A stretch of DNA of 63,993 nucleotides, the filler included, from Neolecta irregularis DAH-3 (Eukaryota), in the NCBI GenBank assembly GCA_001929475.1. It is 7 parts of 7 records of this genome, joined end to end, with 100 filler letters (N's around TTAATTAATTAA, not from the genome) between each part and the next. Parts side by side here need not be neighbours in the genome. Positions count along the whole stretch, not along the records: positions 28,270 to 40,904 come from LXFE01000339.1; positions 41,005 to 43,638 come from LXFE01000340.1; positions 43,739 to 53,874 come from LXFE01000341.1; 4 more parts are not named here. The stretch is one strand, 5' to 3'. The notes beneath the pieces are model-generated. The model saw only the letters and a program-made list of their open reading frames with translations. It had not been told where the DNA came from and ran no database searches. Shown piece by piece: positions 34,258-48,792 of the stretch. The translations under genes were made by a program, and so were the position numbers. Each line of letters starts with the position of its first letter. The first letter of the stretch is position 1.

Positions 34258-37200
34258 ATGGTCATCTATATGGGCAGTGAGCATACAACCGCAGAAGAAC
34301 ACAGATTGAATGATGATCGCAAGAAAAGAAAGGTATCATTCTCTGCTGTACAACTTGCCAATAATAATTTTAGTATTGGAAAAGTCGCATATATCCCACG
34401 TCATATCTAACAATTCACAGAATATGGACCTTATCTTTCTGAACGACAATGGGTATACCGAAACTTGTTCAAACCTAAGTGTCTAGGCTACTGTACGAGA
34501 AGATTACTCTGCAGACGGGGATGCCTGGTCAAATTTTCCACATGACCATGCACGCTCACGGGCATTTCGCTGGGGAGAAGATGGTATTGGTGGCTATTCA
34601 GGTAAATGCACATGCTGGTGCTTTTGCTGAGTTGAAGACACTCATAGTTTGCTATGTATGTCATTTGCATTTTGGAACGAGGTTTGTCCTGTCAAACCTG
34701 CTTCTCATGTCTAGAGGGATCCCTATCTCAAAGAACGACTCTACGGGCTGACAGGGCATGAAGGTAGTGCTTGCCAATTTGTTCTACTAATCAAAAGGAA
34801 ACCATGGAGAAGATGTCAAGGAGCTATATTACTACCTTGATTCAACACCAACTCACAGTTACATGAAATATCTCTACAAGTATCCTCAAAAAGAGTATCC
34901 TTATGAAAAACTTGTCGAAGAGAATGCCAAAAGATCTCGAAAAGAAACAGAATTTGAAATTACTGACACAAACATGTTTGAGAACAACAAATATTGGGAT
35001 ATTTTCATTGAATACGCAAAAGATGATGACAACCCTCATGAGACACTTATTCGAATTGCAGCGGTGAACCGTGGTTCAGAAACAGCGTCGTTGCATATTA
35101 TTCCTCAAGTACGTATTCTTAGAATACAATATTTAACCATAGATGTGGTTTCGAAATACGTGGTCTTGGGGTATTGAAGCTGCTGACAAGAAACCCCATA
35201 TCAAGCAACAATCATCTACTGTAGCTCATGCCAAACACTGGGACTTGGGTGACCGTTATCTCCAATGCTCGTCCTCTCCTGGTCCGACTGACGATCTCCC
35301 CGATGTCCTACCCACTCTTCTTTACACAGACAACAACACAAATAAGAAACGGCTTTACAACGTCGAGAACGAGAGTCCATATGTAAAGGATGCGTTTCAT
35401 GAACACATCGTCGATGACAAACGAAATGTAACCAACCCTCGAAAAGAGGGCACAAAGGTTGGGGCTTGGTTCTTTTTTGAAGAAGTTCCTCCCGGTGAAT
35501 GCGCTGTAGTCAGAGTCAAATTCTCAGATAGGGTCGAAGAAGGTTCAATCGATGAGGAAATCTTTGATAATACCATGGAAAAACGACGACTTGAATCTGA
35601 TGATTTTTATTGGAGAATCAGTCCAAGTCCGATGTCTGATGATCTCCGAAATATACAACGTCAAGCATTGGCCGGAATGTTGTGGAGTAAGCAACACTAT
35701 CTATTCATTCATGATCAATGGGCCTATGGCGACCCACTTCAACCGCCTCCGCCACCTGAGAGAAAGCACATTAGGAATCAGCACTGGCGGCATTTGCACA
35801 TTGATGATGTTCTTTCTATGCCAGATAAATGGGAGTATCCATTCTTTGCTGCTTGGTACAAAGCCGAATTGCTCTTTGCTGATGACCAGGGATACTGCCT
35901 TTCATTGTATTCCTTTAACTATGGTTGACCCAGACTTTGCCAAAAAGCAACTAGATTTGCTGACAAGAGAGTGGCATAGGCCATCCTTTGCTCGTAGAAA
36001 CTTACACTATAGGTATATGCACCCTTCAGGTCAACTACCCGCATATGAATGGAACTTTAGGCAATGAATTTGTTTTTTATTATATTGTTGATTAATAGTG
36101 ACGTAAACCCTCCAGTGCACGCCTGGGCTACCTTCAGAGTGTTTAAGATGGAGAGAAAGCTTTATGGTCGTGAAGATCTGGATTTTCTAGAACGCGGTAC
36201 GCAAATATCTTGAGAAGCATCCAACCAAGTTTCAGTTTTCCAGAAACTTCTTCTCAATTTCACTTGGTGGGTCAATAGAAAGGATGAAGAAGGAAGCAAT
36301 GTGTTTGAAGGAGGCTTTCTCGGCCTTGACAACATTGGTCTTTTCAATCGATCAGAACCTCTTCCCACAGGTGGTCGCCTGATGCAAGCTGATGGAACTG
36401 TGAGAAATCCCTCCCACCAGATTGTGCTTACTTGTAGTCCTGGATGGCTTTCTATTGTCTTTCCATGTTAAATATTTCTCTTGAGCTCGCCAAATACCGA
36501 AGGACCTATGAGGATATTGCTTCGAAATTCTTTGAACATTTCCTTTTTATCTCAGATGCCATGTCATTCAGAAGTGGGGACAACGATGTTTCTCTGTGGA
36601 ACGAGGAAGACGAATTTTACTATGATTGCATTTCGTGGGGAGGACCTTGGCGACAGAGCCTACCCGTCAAATCTCTCGTTGGATTGATACCACTCTACGC
36701 AGTTTTGACTCTTGAACCAGAAATTGTCAATCGCTTTCCTTCTTTCAAGAAACGCTTGAATTGGTTCATCGAGAACAGAAGTAAAGTTGCCAATAGAAAC
36801 ATTGCATCTATGAAGCATCGTGGAAAAGGAGACAGAATGATGCTTGCTTTAGTCAATAAAGATCGGCTAGTTAAAATTCTTCAAAAAATGCTTGATGAAG
36901 ACGAATTTCTTTCCCAGTATGGGATCAGATCGTGAGCTATAATAGAAGGACTTTGCTGATGTGTAGACTTTCAAAGTATCATCAAGAACATCCCTACTCA
37001 ATGAACGTCAATGGACAAGAATTCCAAGTGGTTCGCAGTCTTTGTTTGATTCGTCTAATGTGCTAGGACTATGTTCCAGGCGATTCTAACTCTGGACTTT
37101 TCGGCGGTAATTCCAACTGGCGAGGTCCAATCTGGTTGGCAACAACTTTTCTTTTGATTGAGAGTCTTCAACGGTTTTATCTCTACTATGGAGACACCTT

Positions 37201-37890
37201 AAAAGTTGAATGTCCGACTGGAAGCGGGAATTTCATGCATTTGGGACACGTGGCCGAGGAAATTCAACATGTATGGCATTATTTTATACTCCTGACTTTA
37301 TAGAGAGTTCAACACATATTTGTCCGCGATGAATCTGGAAGACGGGCTGCGAACGGCGGCAACGATTTGTTGGACTTTAACCCATACTTTAAGGATCACG
37401 TTCTCTTTCACGAATTCTTCCACGCCGATGATGGGAGTGGTCTCGGTGCCTCTCACCAGCTGGGATGGACGGGCCTCGTGTATTGTTTTTGCTCGACGAG
37501 ATACTAACATCAGTGCAAAATTGATCCATGATACTGGGTTGACGTGTCGTCTTCCTAAAACTCCTAAAACTCCAACTTCGGCAGCTAATCATTATTTTGA
37601 CGAAGTATTCAGTCATGTTCCTCGACCTCGACACCGGCGAACTGGGACTGGAAGATCACTTGGTAGTGCCATTGTTTGGTATATTTTTTAAATATCCAGG
37701 TAATCGGTCAGACTTTGATGATGCCATGTCTCAGTATACAGTGGTCAATGATGACAAAGACAAGGAAGCCAATGACGAGAGGATTGAGCAAATCACTCAG
37801 TACTTGCAACAAATGGAGTCTGGTGGAGATGCTATGAGTTACGAGCACGCTGATGAATTTGAAGTCGAAGCAGGGTTGGATGAGCTGTAG
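34258..37890 (+). CDS. GH63-like / MGH1-like six-hairpin glycosidase (YMR196W-like), many introns
   Basis: [105 protein letters not shown]. Confidence 0.9.
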
Positions 37891-38047
37891 ATGTAGATGA
37901 ACTTGGCGCACAACAGGATACATTCCAGCATATAAATCGGTCACGATACATGGCATATAAATTTGGCACGAACATTTATAAATCGGTCTATATGAGTTGG
38001 GTGAGCGTATTAAGGACGAGGACGGAAGAAAAGAGGTAAATGTATTT

Positions 38048-38549
38048 TTAAACAACGGTGCCAGCATTTGAAGCTATTCTGGGCCAGAGGTCTGCACATT
38101 CTTTTGCGACGGGGCCAGTGATGGCGGAGCCTTGAGGTAAGAAGAGAAGGAAGGGAAAAGAGACCTTTCATTTCGCCCTTTGGATTGACGATGACGCCGG
38201 CGTTGTCTTCAAAGTAGAGGTAGACGCCGTCTGGGCGACGCCAGGGTTTTCGCTGGCGGACAATGATGGCGGGATGGACCTTTTTCCGCAGTTCGGGCTT
38301 TCCCTTTTTCACGGTGGCGAGGACCATGTCGCCTGGGGGGTGAGCGTGGGAGGGAGGGGGCTGCGGGAGAAGAATACCTGGGGCACCGGCGGGCAGTCTG
38401 TTGAGGCGGGCGCCGACGCCGTAGACGGCGATGATGTAGAGGTTTTTTGCGCCGCTGTTGTCTGCGCAGTTCATGACTGCGCCGACGGGGAGGCCGAGGG
38501 ACATTCTGAACTTTGTGCCAGAGGCATTCTGTAGGCCTTTCTTTGGCAT
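38048..38549 (-). CDS. RPL23: 60S ribosomal protein uL14
   Basis: [65 protein letters not shown]; two introns. Confidence 0.97.
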
Positions 38550-38594
38550 TGTGGGAGGGAGGAGAGAAAAGGAGAGTCGGGGTCAGTGTGAGGG

Positions 38595-38610
38595 CGTGAC
38601 TGCGTGACTG
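38595..38610 (-). promoter_or_regulatory. Tandem HomolD-type boxes (CAGTCACG x2) upstream of RPL23
   Basis: Two adjacent CAGTCACG about 45-60 nt upstream of the ATG, followed by a pyrimidine tract; matches the fission-yeast ribosomal-protein core promoter CAGTCAC(A/G). Confidence 0.7.
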
Positions 38611-38630
38611 CGTGGCGGGCCGTGCTGCAC

Positions 38631-38910
38631 CAGTACTGTTCACTGCTACACTCAGTACTGTTCACTGCTACACTCAGTACTGTTCACTGCTACACTCAGT
38701 ACTGCTCATGCTACACTGCTACATTGATCACGCTGCTACACCGACTGCACTGCTACATTGATCACACTGCTACACGGCTCACTGAGGGGACTAACTACAC
38801 TGACTGACACTGACTGCGCCTACCACACCACACCACACCGACTACACACCACCGACTGCACACCACCGACTGCACACTACACTCACTACACACCACACTC
38901 GCTACACTGC
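38631..38910. repeat. Minisatellite, 22-bp unit CAGTACTGTTCACTGCTACACT x3 decaying into CAC/CTACAC repeats
   Basis: Directly visible; fills the divergent RPL23/RPD3 promoter. Confidence 0.95.
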
Positions 38911-38930
38911 CCTACCGCTGGCCACACTGC

Positions 38931-40353
38931 ATGACGGCGACTCTCACTGTCGATGCCTCGTCGACGCCGCTGGCCCAGAGCATTCCTGCGAGCACGGCGC
39001 TGCGGCGGACGATTGCGTACTTCTACGACAGCGACGTGGGCAACTATGCGTACGGAGCGGGGCACCCGATGAAGCCGCACCGCATCCGGCTGGCGCACTC
39101 GCTGGTGATGAACTACGGGCTGTACCGGCGGATGGAGGTGTACCGCGCGAAGCCGGCGACGCGGGCGGAGATGTGCCAGTTCCACACGGACGACTATGTG
39201 GACTTTCTTGCGCGCATCACGCCGGACACGATCGCGGCGTACCCGAAGGAGCAGGCGCGGTACAACGTGGGCGACGACTGCCCGGTGTTCGACGGGCTGT
39301 TTGAGTTCTGCGGGATCTCGGGCGGCGGCAGCATGGAGGGGGCGGCGCGGCTGAACCGCGGCAAGTGCGACGTCGCGGTCAACTGGGCGGGCGGGCTGCA
39401 CCACGCGAAGAAGAGCGAGGCGAGCGGCTTCTGCTACGTCAACGGTGCGGCTCCTGCGCGGCGGCGGTGCTGATCCAGACATTGTGCTCGGCATCATCGA
39501 GCTGCTGCGCTACCACGCGCGCGTGCTGTACATCGACATCGACGTCCACCACGGCGACGGCGTCGAGGAGGCCTTCTACGCGACGGACCGCGTCATGACG
39601 TGCTCGTTCCACAAGTACGGCGAGTATTTCCCCGGCACCGGCGAGCTGCGCGACGTCGGCGTCGGCAAGGGCAAGTACTACAGCGTCAACTTCCCCCTGC
39701 GCGACGGCATCGACGACGCCAGCTACGCCAGCGTCTTTGCGCCCGTCGTCGCCGGCATCATCGACTGGTACCGCCCCGGCGCCATCGTCCTGCAGTGCGG
39801 CGCCGACAGCCTCGCCGGCGACAGGCTCGGCGTCTTCAACCTGAGCATGAAGGGTTTGTCGCTGCCGGCATCGCGCTAACCGCCAGGCCACGCAAAGTGC
39901 GTCGAGTTTGTCAAGAAGCTCAACGTCCCCACCCTCGTCCTCGGCGGCGGCGGCTACACCATGCGCAACGTCTCCCGCACTTGGGCCTACGAGACAGGCC
40001 TCCTCCTCAACGAGGAGCTCGGCCCAGATCTCCCGTACAACGAATACTACGAATACTTCGGCCCCGACTACAAGCTAGACGTGTGTCCAAACAACATGGA
40101 AAATCTAAATACGCGCGAATACCTCGAAAAAATCAAAACATCCGTCCTGCAGAATCTGGAACGCACCAAATTCGCCCCGAGCGTGCAGATGCATGACACG
40201 CCCCACGACCGCGACGTCGACGATGACGACGACGACGACGACGATTTAGATGACAGACCCGACGACGACGACGATCACGTGCTCGGAAGGGAAAAAGTGG
40301 GTATCATGCATGGCATGGACATGAATGTGAATTTGAACGAGAATGAAGAGTAG
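38931..40353 (+). CDS. RPD3: Class I histone deacetylase (Rpd3/Clr6)
   Basis: [60 protein letters not shown]; acidic tail; introns of 34 and 33 nt. Confidence 0.96.
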
Positions 40354-40407
40354 GGTTTTGTGCTTATTCACATGTATTAATACATGACTTGAATTCTTAT
40401 CTATTAT

Positions 40408-40839
40408 TCATCTATCGAAAATATCTTGAAGTATCTCTGGCCGGGCCTTTGGGATTCGAGAAGCTTCAATACGCCTACCAATACAGGAAGATATTTGTGG
40501 ATTTCGTTGAATAAACTTGGAAACCCATCTACGTCCAAGGGGAATAGTGTCTCCATACATGACTAAAATTCTTGTCGCCATTTCTCTTGTCCGGGTGTGT
40601 GAGGGAGGATATCCTTGCACAGCTTGTTCAAATATCCATTCAACAAGAAACTCCTCTTGCCGTGGTGTCAATCGCTGGTGATTTTGGTGGCTAATTCGAC
40701 GATTTGTCTGGCCGTGGATTCGCCCAATTAGTGTAGACCGCGGGATTCCATATGCGGCCGCGGCTGCTTTTTGAGAGGTAAATTTTCCTGAATTGAGATC
40801 TTCAATAGCTGATTGAATTGTTCTTTCACGGCTATCCAT
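40408..40839 (-). mobile_element. pogo/Fot1 transposase N-terminal fragment (Psq-HTH + CENP-B-type HTH), truncated
   Basis: SQKAAAAAYGIPRSTLIGR, LTPRQEEFLVEWI, LGRRWVSKFIQRNP; homologous to 61784-61980. Confidence 0.88.
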
Positions 40840-41004
40840 TTCGAAGAGATGGTGGAGAAATACCTTTATTTGTATCTTTCATTATATATTTATGTAGTGG
40901 CAGGNNNNNNNNNNNNNNNNNNNNNNNNNNNNNNNNNNNNNNNNNNNNTTAATTAATTAANNNNNNNNNNNNNNNNNNNNNNNNNNNNNNNNNNNNNNNN
41001 NNNN

Positions 41005-43638
41005 GCTATGTCTGGGCTTATATTATCCTTAGGTATGTCTAAGGGAACCCAGTAGTAGCTTAGCTATGCTTGGCTACTCTGGTATTAGTACTTAAGATAG
41101 TACTAGCAAGCGATCACTAAGAGGTGGTCAGTTGCACTGTTTATCAGTAGCAACTAACTTATTCCTCTAAGGTATTTATACTTGTATAATATGATTATGT
41201 AATAGTGGCTTGATTATATCAAGCCACATCTTGCTAACCTCACTATTCATCTATAGGCCAGGGCCATATCATTACAATGGGATGGTGGTGAATGCTCAAA
41301 TGAAGCCATGGACAAGGACAGGTTCAGGATAATCTACACATAGTTTCAATTTTTGAAAGGTAGTGATGAAACCAGTGATTGATGAGGATACTTTCAGATT
41401 GTCAAAGGCTAATCTTTGCTTGAATAGGTAACCCCAAGGAATAAATTCTGATCAAAAAAGGTCCATAATTTTATTGGGGGAACTGGCAATATCCAGAGCT
41501 TCTTTATTTGCTCACCACCATTCTTTTGCATAACCAGTCAAGCTTTTGAAGATCATTTGCTTGAATTCTGTATCCTCTAAGTTATAACCCTGAGATACTT
41601 CAATGATCACAAACCACCAGTCATTTACATCCTCTTTCCGAGAGAATTTGGGGTACTGAGGGATATGGGAAGCCCGCTGCACTGCTAGGGCTGTTGTTTT
41701 TGCAGCTTCAGTGGCTGCTTTTGCCACTGTGACTGTGAATCGATTTTCCAAAGCTGCTGTATTTGCAGCTTGGGTTTCCTGAGTATGAGTGATTGCCTTG
41801 TTGATTACTGAGGCAACTGAGGTGCCGATGGCTGCAGAGACCTGCTCCATGATATTTTTGAACATTTCAGGGTCCATTGTTTTAAGGGTCTTCTGTGAGT
41901 ACTTGACTTATCCAATGGTAAGATACTGTGTATCTTGGCAGGGTTGACTCGTCAGTACTCTTGTGTGAAGACCTTTATTCTACCTACCTAACTCATCAGT
42001 ACTCTGTAAGGATGGTTTTCTTTCCTTATGCTATGCTACTACCAACAAGGGAGCTTAGCTTAGTACTGGGTGAAGAGTCTATGGATGATGAGTCAAACCT
42101 TATACATCTAGGTAGAGCTCAATGAGGCTGATCTTTTCACTGTATATTTGTGTCACCTACGGTTAATGGTTGCTGCACTATCCCAGGTTGAAGACATCCT
42201 GGGTAGCTTATTAATGCATAAACAGGGTCCCCACGGCCAAATCGATGAGGTAACCTAGCTTAATTTTTATACGACCAGGTAGAGCTACTCAAGACCGATC
42301 ATTCCGCTGTATTATTGTCCTTATAAATTGTTGTTGTATCCTGAGTTATCGTCCTGGGGCTGTTTTTCATTGAACTTAGAATTTTTCTCAAGGTAGGGCA
42401 TTTCTGAGAAATACATGGAATCCATCCAAGTACTTCTAAAGACACTCCCTACTGAGTATTTTCCCAGTGATTATTAGTGTAGTTCCAGCATTTTCTGATA
42501 ACTCCTTCATTAATCCCACCTCTTTCTCTATATATATTATACATAATTATATACCCTACCTCCTCTAATATACCACATGCCTCCCCTCCTATGCGAGCAG
42601 CACTCAATTAACCATAAAAGATAATACTTCTGTCACAAGCCCTGGAGATCTCTTAACATATTTCTTTAGCTGATCCCCTGCAAATGTCTTTGGCATCAGT
42701 CATCCAGTATCATCAAAAAGCCTATATGATCTGTTCTTATTGATGGTTGCAATAATATAGGGCCCCTTCCACCGGAAACTGAGTTTGTTAGACCACTGTT
42801 TGTCCAACCATAATTCCTATAGCAGAACCAAGTCCCCCTCTTCCAAGGCTTCTTTTGTCATTTTTCTTTTGTTTGCCTTGTCAAACCAATCCTTATTTTT
42901 TTGACAGCTTATTTTTAAGCTTTCTGCTGCATTTTCTATATACTCCCCATTATTATTTACAAACTTCAACTGCTCTTCTAGAGCATCTTCCACCTCCTCT
43001 AACTCTTTCTCTTCAAATTCTACATCTGCCGTGTTTTGGCAATGCCTGCCTATCATAAGGAAGTATAGTGAGTATGCAGTTGCCTTCCTGGGCATCAACC
43101 TATCTACCCACAATACAGTGGCCAGATTTTCCACCCAACTTTGAGTCATCTTGGCAAGTCCATCCACTATAGACTTATGTCCGAATTATGTGAAGGATTC
43201 TTGACTTCCTAGTATCTACCTCTGTTAGTGGAATATTTTGGGAGTATTCTTTATGTATATGAAGTTAAGAAAAAGTTGTACCTAGGGAAGCTGCTAACCC
43301 TGGATTGCTTAAAGATATTAACTATCATCACTAAAGTTGTTAATTGGGAGTTATAATGCTGGGACAGCATTATACAGAGAATTCATGTATAAACTTGGAA
43401 TGTCTCCTCCCTGATTAGGATGATAAGTTCAGCAAGGAAACTAAAAGGTCAATATCTCTGGCTGGAAGAAAGATAACCACTATCTTCAACCTACAAAAAG
43501 GATCATCTTGATGCCCTCTATTGCCTGAACAATCATCAATGCAGGTTATGGATGATTGGAGATAACCTTCTCCTATTGGGGTGGTTTTGATGGAAAACCT
43601 TTGCTTCAAAGCTCAATAACTCATTAACCACCACGATC
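41005..43638 (-). mobile_element. Degenerate Ty3/gypsy retrotransposon pieces: integrase C-terminus, putative LTR (42151-42637), structured leader, gag fragment
   Basis: GDLVLL...KLSFRWKGPY integrase motif (42700-43170); TGT...ACA bounded segment immediately after it; gag-like PKFS...LTGYAKEWW (41512-41877); many stops. Confidence 0.8.
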
Positions 43639-44373
43639 NNNNNNNNNNNNNNNNNNNNNNNNNNNNNNNNNNNNNNNNNNNNTTAATTAATTAANNNNNN
43701 NNNNNNNNNNNNNNNNNNNNNNNNNNNNNNNNNNNNNNTGTATATAATTAGCACCAGGTGGACAGTGGCCGTCATCTTGTTAGTGACGACTCACTGCCAC
43801 ATAGATCACCTCTCCTCGGTGACAGACCCGTTCTCAAAATATCCATCTTCCCTCAAAAAGTCTCAGACAAGGAACAAATTTACATTCCCCAATGTGTATC
43901 TGTAAGGATATACACTTTGGGTATATCTTACCAATATGGCAAGGTGGCTCCAGTGTCTGCAGGTGTGCCACTTTCCTGTGAGTCAATTGAAGCTGGTAAA
44001 CATTCTGTATTTGGAAATGATGGTATTGGTAAAGATGAAAGCTACTGCTCTAGTGGGGTATAAAAAGTGCTCCATTGAGATATATAGGTTGGCAGAACTT
44101 TCATGTTCGGCAGACATTTGAAACCTTTTTTTGGACTTGAAGTCAGATTTGAAACAATATACCAAGCTGTACACTTTATCCCTCGTTCCTTTAATCCAAC
44201 CAGCCCAACAACCCAACAGCCCATCAGAATACTCTCTGAGCGGTTGGCCACACTGTGTGGTTCATATTTGTTCGGTGGGCTGTTGGCCATACTGTTTCCA
44301 GTAGATCAGATTTGACCTTCAGAAGATGCCTGCCCAACAAATTGCACTATAACAAATTCCAACAGGTATCAAT

Positions 44374-44536
44374 TGTAACGGAGATGCTCCTTCAAAGTAA
44401 GCCTGTATAGCGGTAAAGGGATGAGTGGAGACTCCCCAGTGTGTGAGAGGGGCGTAGCTTTGCTATATATAGAACCTGTGTGGAGCATAATCCTTACGGT
44501 GACGACTAACTGTCTCACAGTTAGCCCTCTGTTACA
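44374..44536. mobile_element. Solo LTR (163 bp) with perfect 5-bp TSD
   Basis: TGTAACGGAG ... CTCTGTTACA termini flanked by TCAAT on both sides; internal TATATATA. Confidence 0.9.
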
Positions 44537-45016
44537 TCAATAATGCAGTGAATTATTATTCAAAGCAACTTCATGTTGAAGCTTAGCCACAATGTGAGTA
44601 CTAAAGGCCCCTGGTTAATATGAGAAAATTTTGCAGTGTGATTTTATTAAATTCCCGCTATTATACCAACACAAAGAATCTAGCTTGAGTTTGTTGGGAC
44701 TGTGCCAAAGAACGTTGATGTCACATTGGAACAAATCTTTTCTTTTTTGCAGTGAAAGCATCAAATATCTTTTCTAATATTGGCAGCAAGGTGCGTAAAC
44801 TCATTGAGGCTTATGAGGTCAGTGTGAACATCTTAAGTGTTTGAATTGCGGGGGATCACTGCCCCGATCGGCTCATGTCGGGTTCATGGCACCTCCCGAG
44901 ACTGCCTCAAGATATTATTATCTTTAAAGGCAGAGCCTCAAGTGGGGATAGAAATCTATATAAACCAAGGATTCTGGGCCTTGGAACATCGTTCAACGCA
45001 AAGTTTCCTTGCAAAC

Positions 45017-45505
45017 ATGCAATTCATCAACGCAATTCTCGCTTTCGCTGTTTCTACCATGGCTATCCCAGTATCTGTTGGAGTCACTAATGTGCCTGCG
45101 CCTGAAAACGAGTCAGAGCCATTCCTCCTTCTTGCCCACGGAAAAACCATTAAATCTCCTATTTCAGTAGATCAAAACGGAAACCTCGTCGCTGCGGGTG
45201 ATGAGCTACAGTTCACTGTTGATGCCAACAATATTCTCCGAGCGATTTCAGGCGGCGTGGCTGCAATGCTCCCAGGAACGCTTGGCATTTACCTCACCAC
45301 GGGCGACTACGTTCCCTCCGGATATCAATTCCAAGGTTACTCGATTGAAGAGGGAACTGGCAAGCTGAAGTTAAACCGGGACGGAGCTGATTACGGATTC
45401 TCCATCTGCGAAGGAAACACGGTTCATGCAGTTAGAGCTGGAGAAAGTCTCAAGGAAAATTGTGAGAGCGTGGAAATTAATATGAGCGTCGCCAATAGTC
45501 CATGA
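45017..45505 (+). CDS. Small secreted protein, 162 aa, intronless (PhiA/Cwp1-like pattern)
   Basis: Signal peptide MQFINAILAFAVSTMA; C-terminal GFSICEG...ENCESVEI; TATATAAA about 55-60 nt upstream. Confidence 0.8.
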   Translation: MQFINAILAFAVSTMAIPVSVGVTNVPAPENESEPFLLLAHGKTIKSPISVDQNGNLVAAGDELQFTVDANNILRAISGGVAAMLPGTLGIYLTTGDYVPSGYQFQGYSIEEGTGKLKLNRDGADYGFSICEGNTVHAVRAGESLKENCESVEINMSVANSP

Positions 45506-45791
45506 TTAAAAGCGTTAGTGTTTCCTCTATAACATAGAATATAGTGAATATAGAACCAATCATTTAGACCCTTGTGTGTTGCTATGACTTGCTTTTAACC
45601 TATCCCGGTAATTTGTGACTTCCTTTGGAGCCCTCGTTGGTTATTTACCAAACATTCAGGGTTATCTTGGCTATGGTGCTTTCCCGAGATATATGCTACT
45701 TAACAGGTGATGCGCGAATCGCTGACGCGGCTCAATTCAACTTTCCATTTCAACCTGACCTCCCACCAACCACCTCGCCCGTACTACAACC

Positions 45792-48519
<2,728 letters not shown>

Positions 48520-48792
48520 GGACTAGGTTTATAGAAGAGGTACATTGATATATCTAGCTTAGGCTTATTTCCTTTTCGAAAGTCTAGTGATATATTTGGC
48601 CACTCAATCAAAGATTTGTCTACAATTCTTTGATGTCAACTACTGGTAATGCTCATCATCCATTATTAAAGCATTCCATATATGGCTTTTTTAGGCCGAC
48701 AGTGGATCAAAATGTTTACAATAAAAATATTTCAAACAATCACAATGACTACTTCGGCTTCTTGAGACATGTCTACACTCTTTTTCTAAACT

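Noticed and set aside
38631-38700. CRISPR-like appearance of the 20-22 bp repeats (also 31495-31575)
   Set aside because: Head-to-tail units with no unique spacers, no cas genes, eukaryotic context.
38886-40196. Long antisense and alternative-frame ORFs over RPD3, UTR2, IPK1 and CDC48
   Set aside because: Expected by-products of high GC3 or codon bias; no recognisable motifs.
38931-40353. Horizontal transfer or contamination as the cause of high-GC genes
   Set aside because: GC changes gradually within genes, introns match host size, and the proteins are typical fungal orthologues; not formally excluded without phylogeny.
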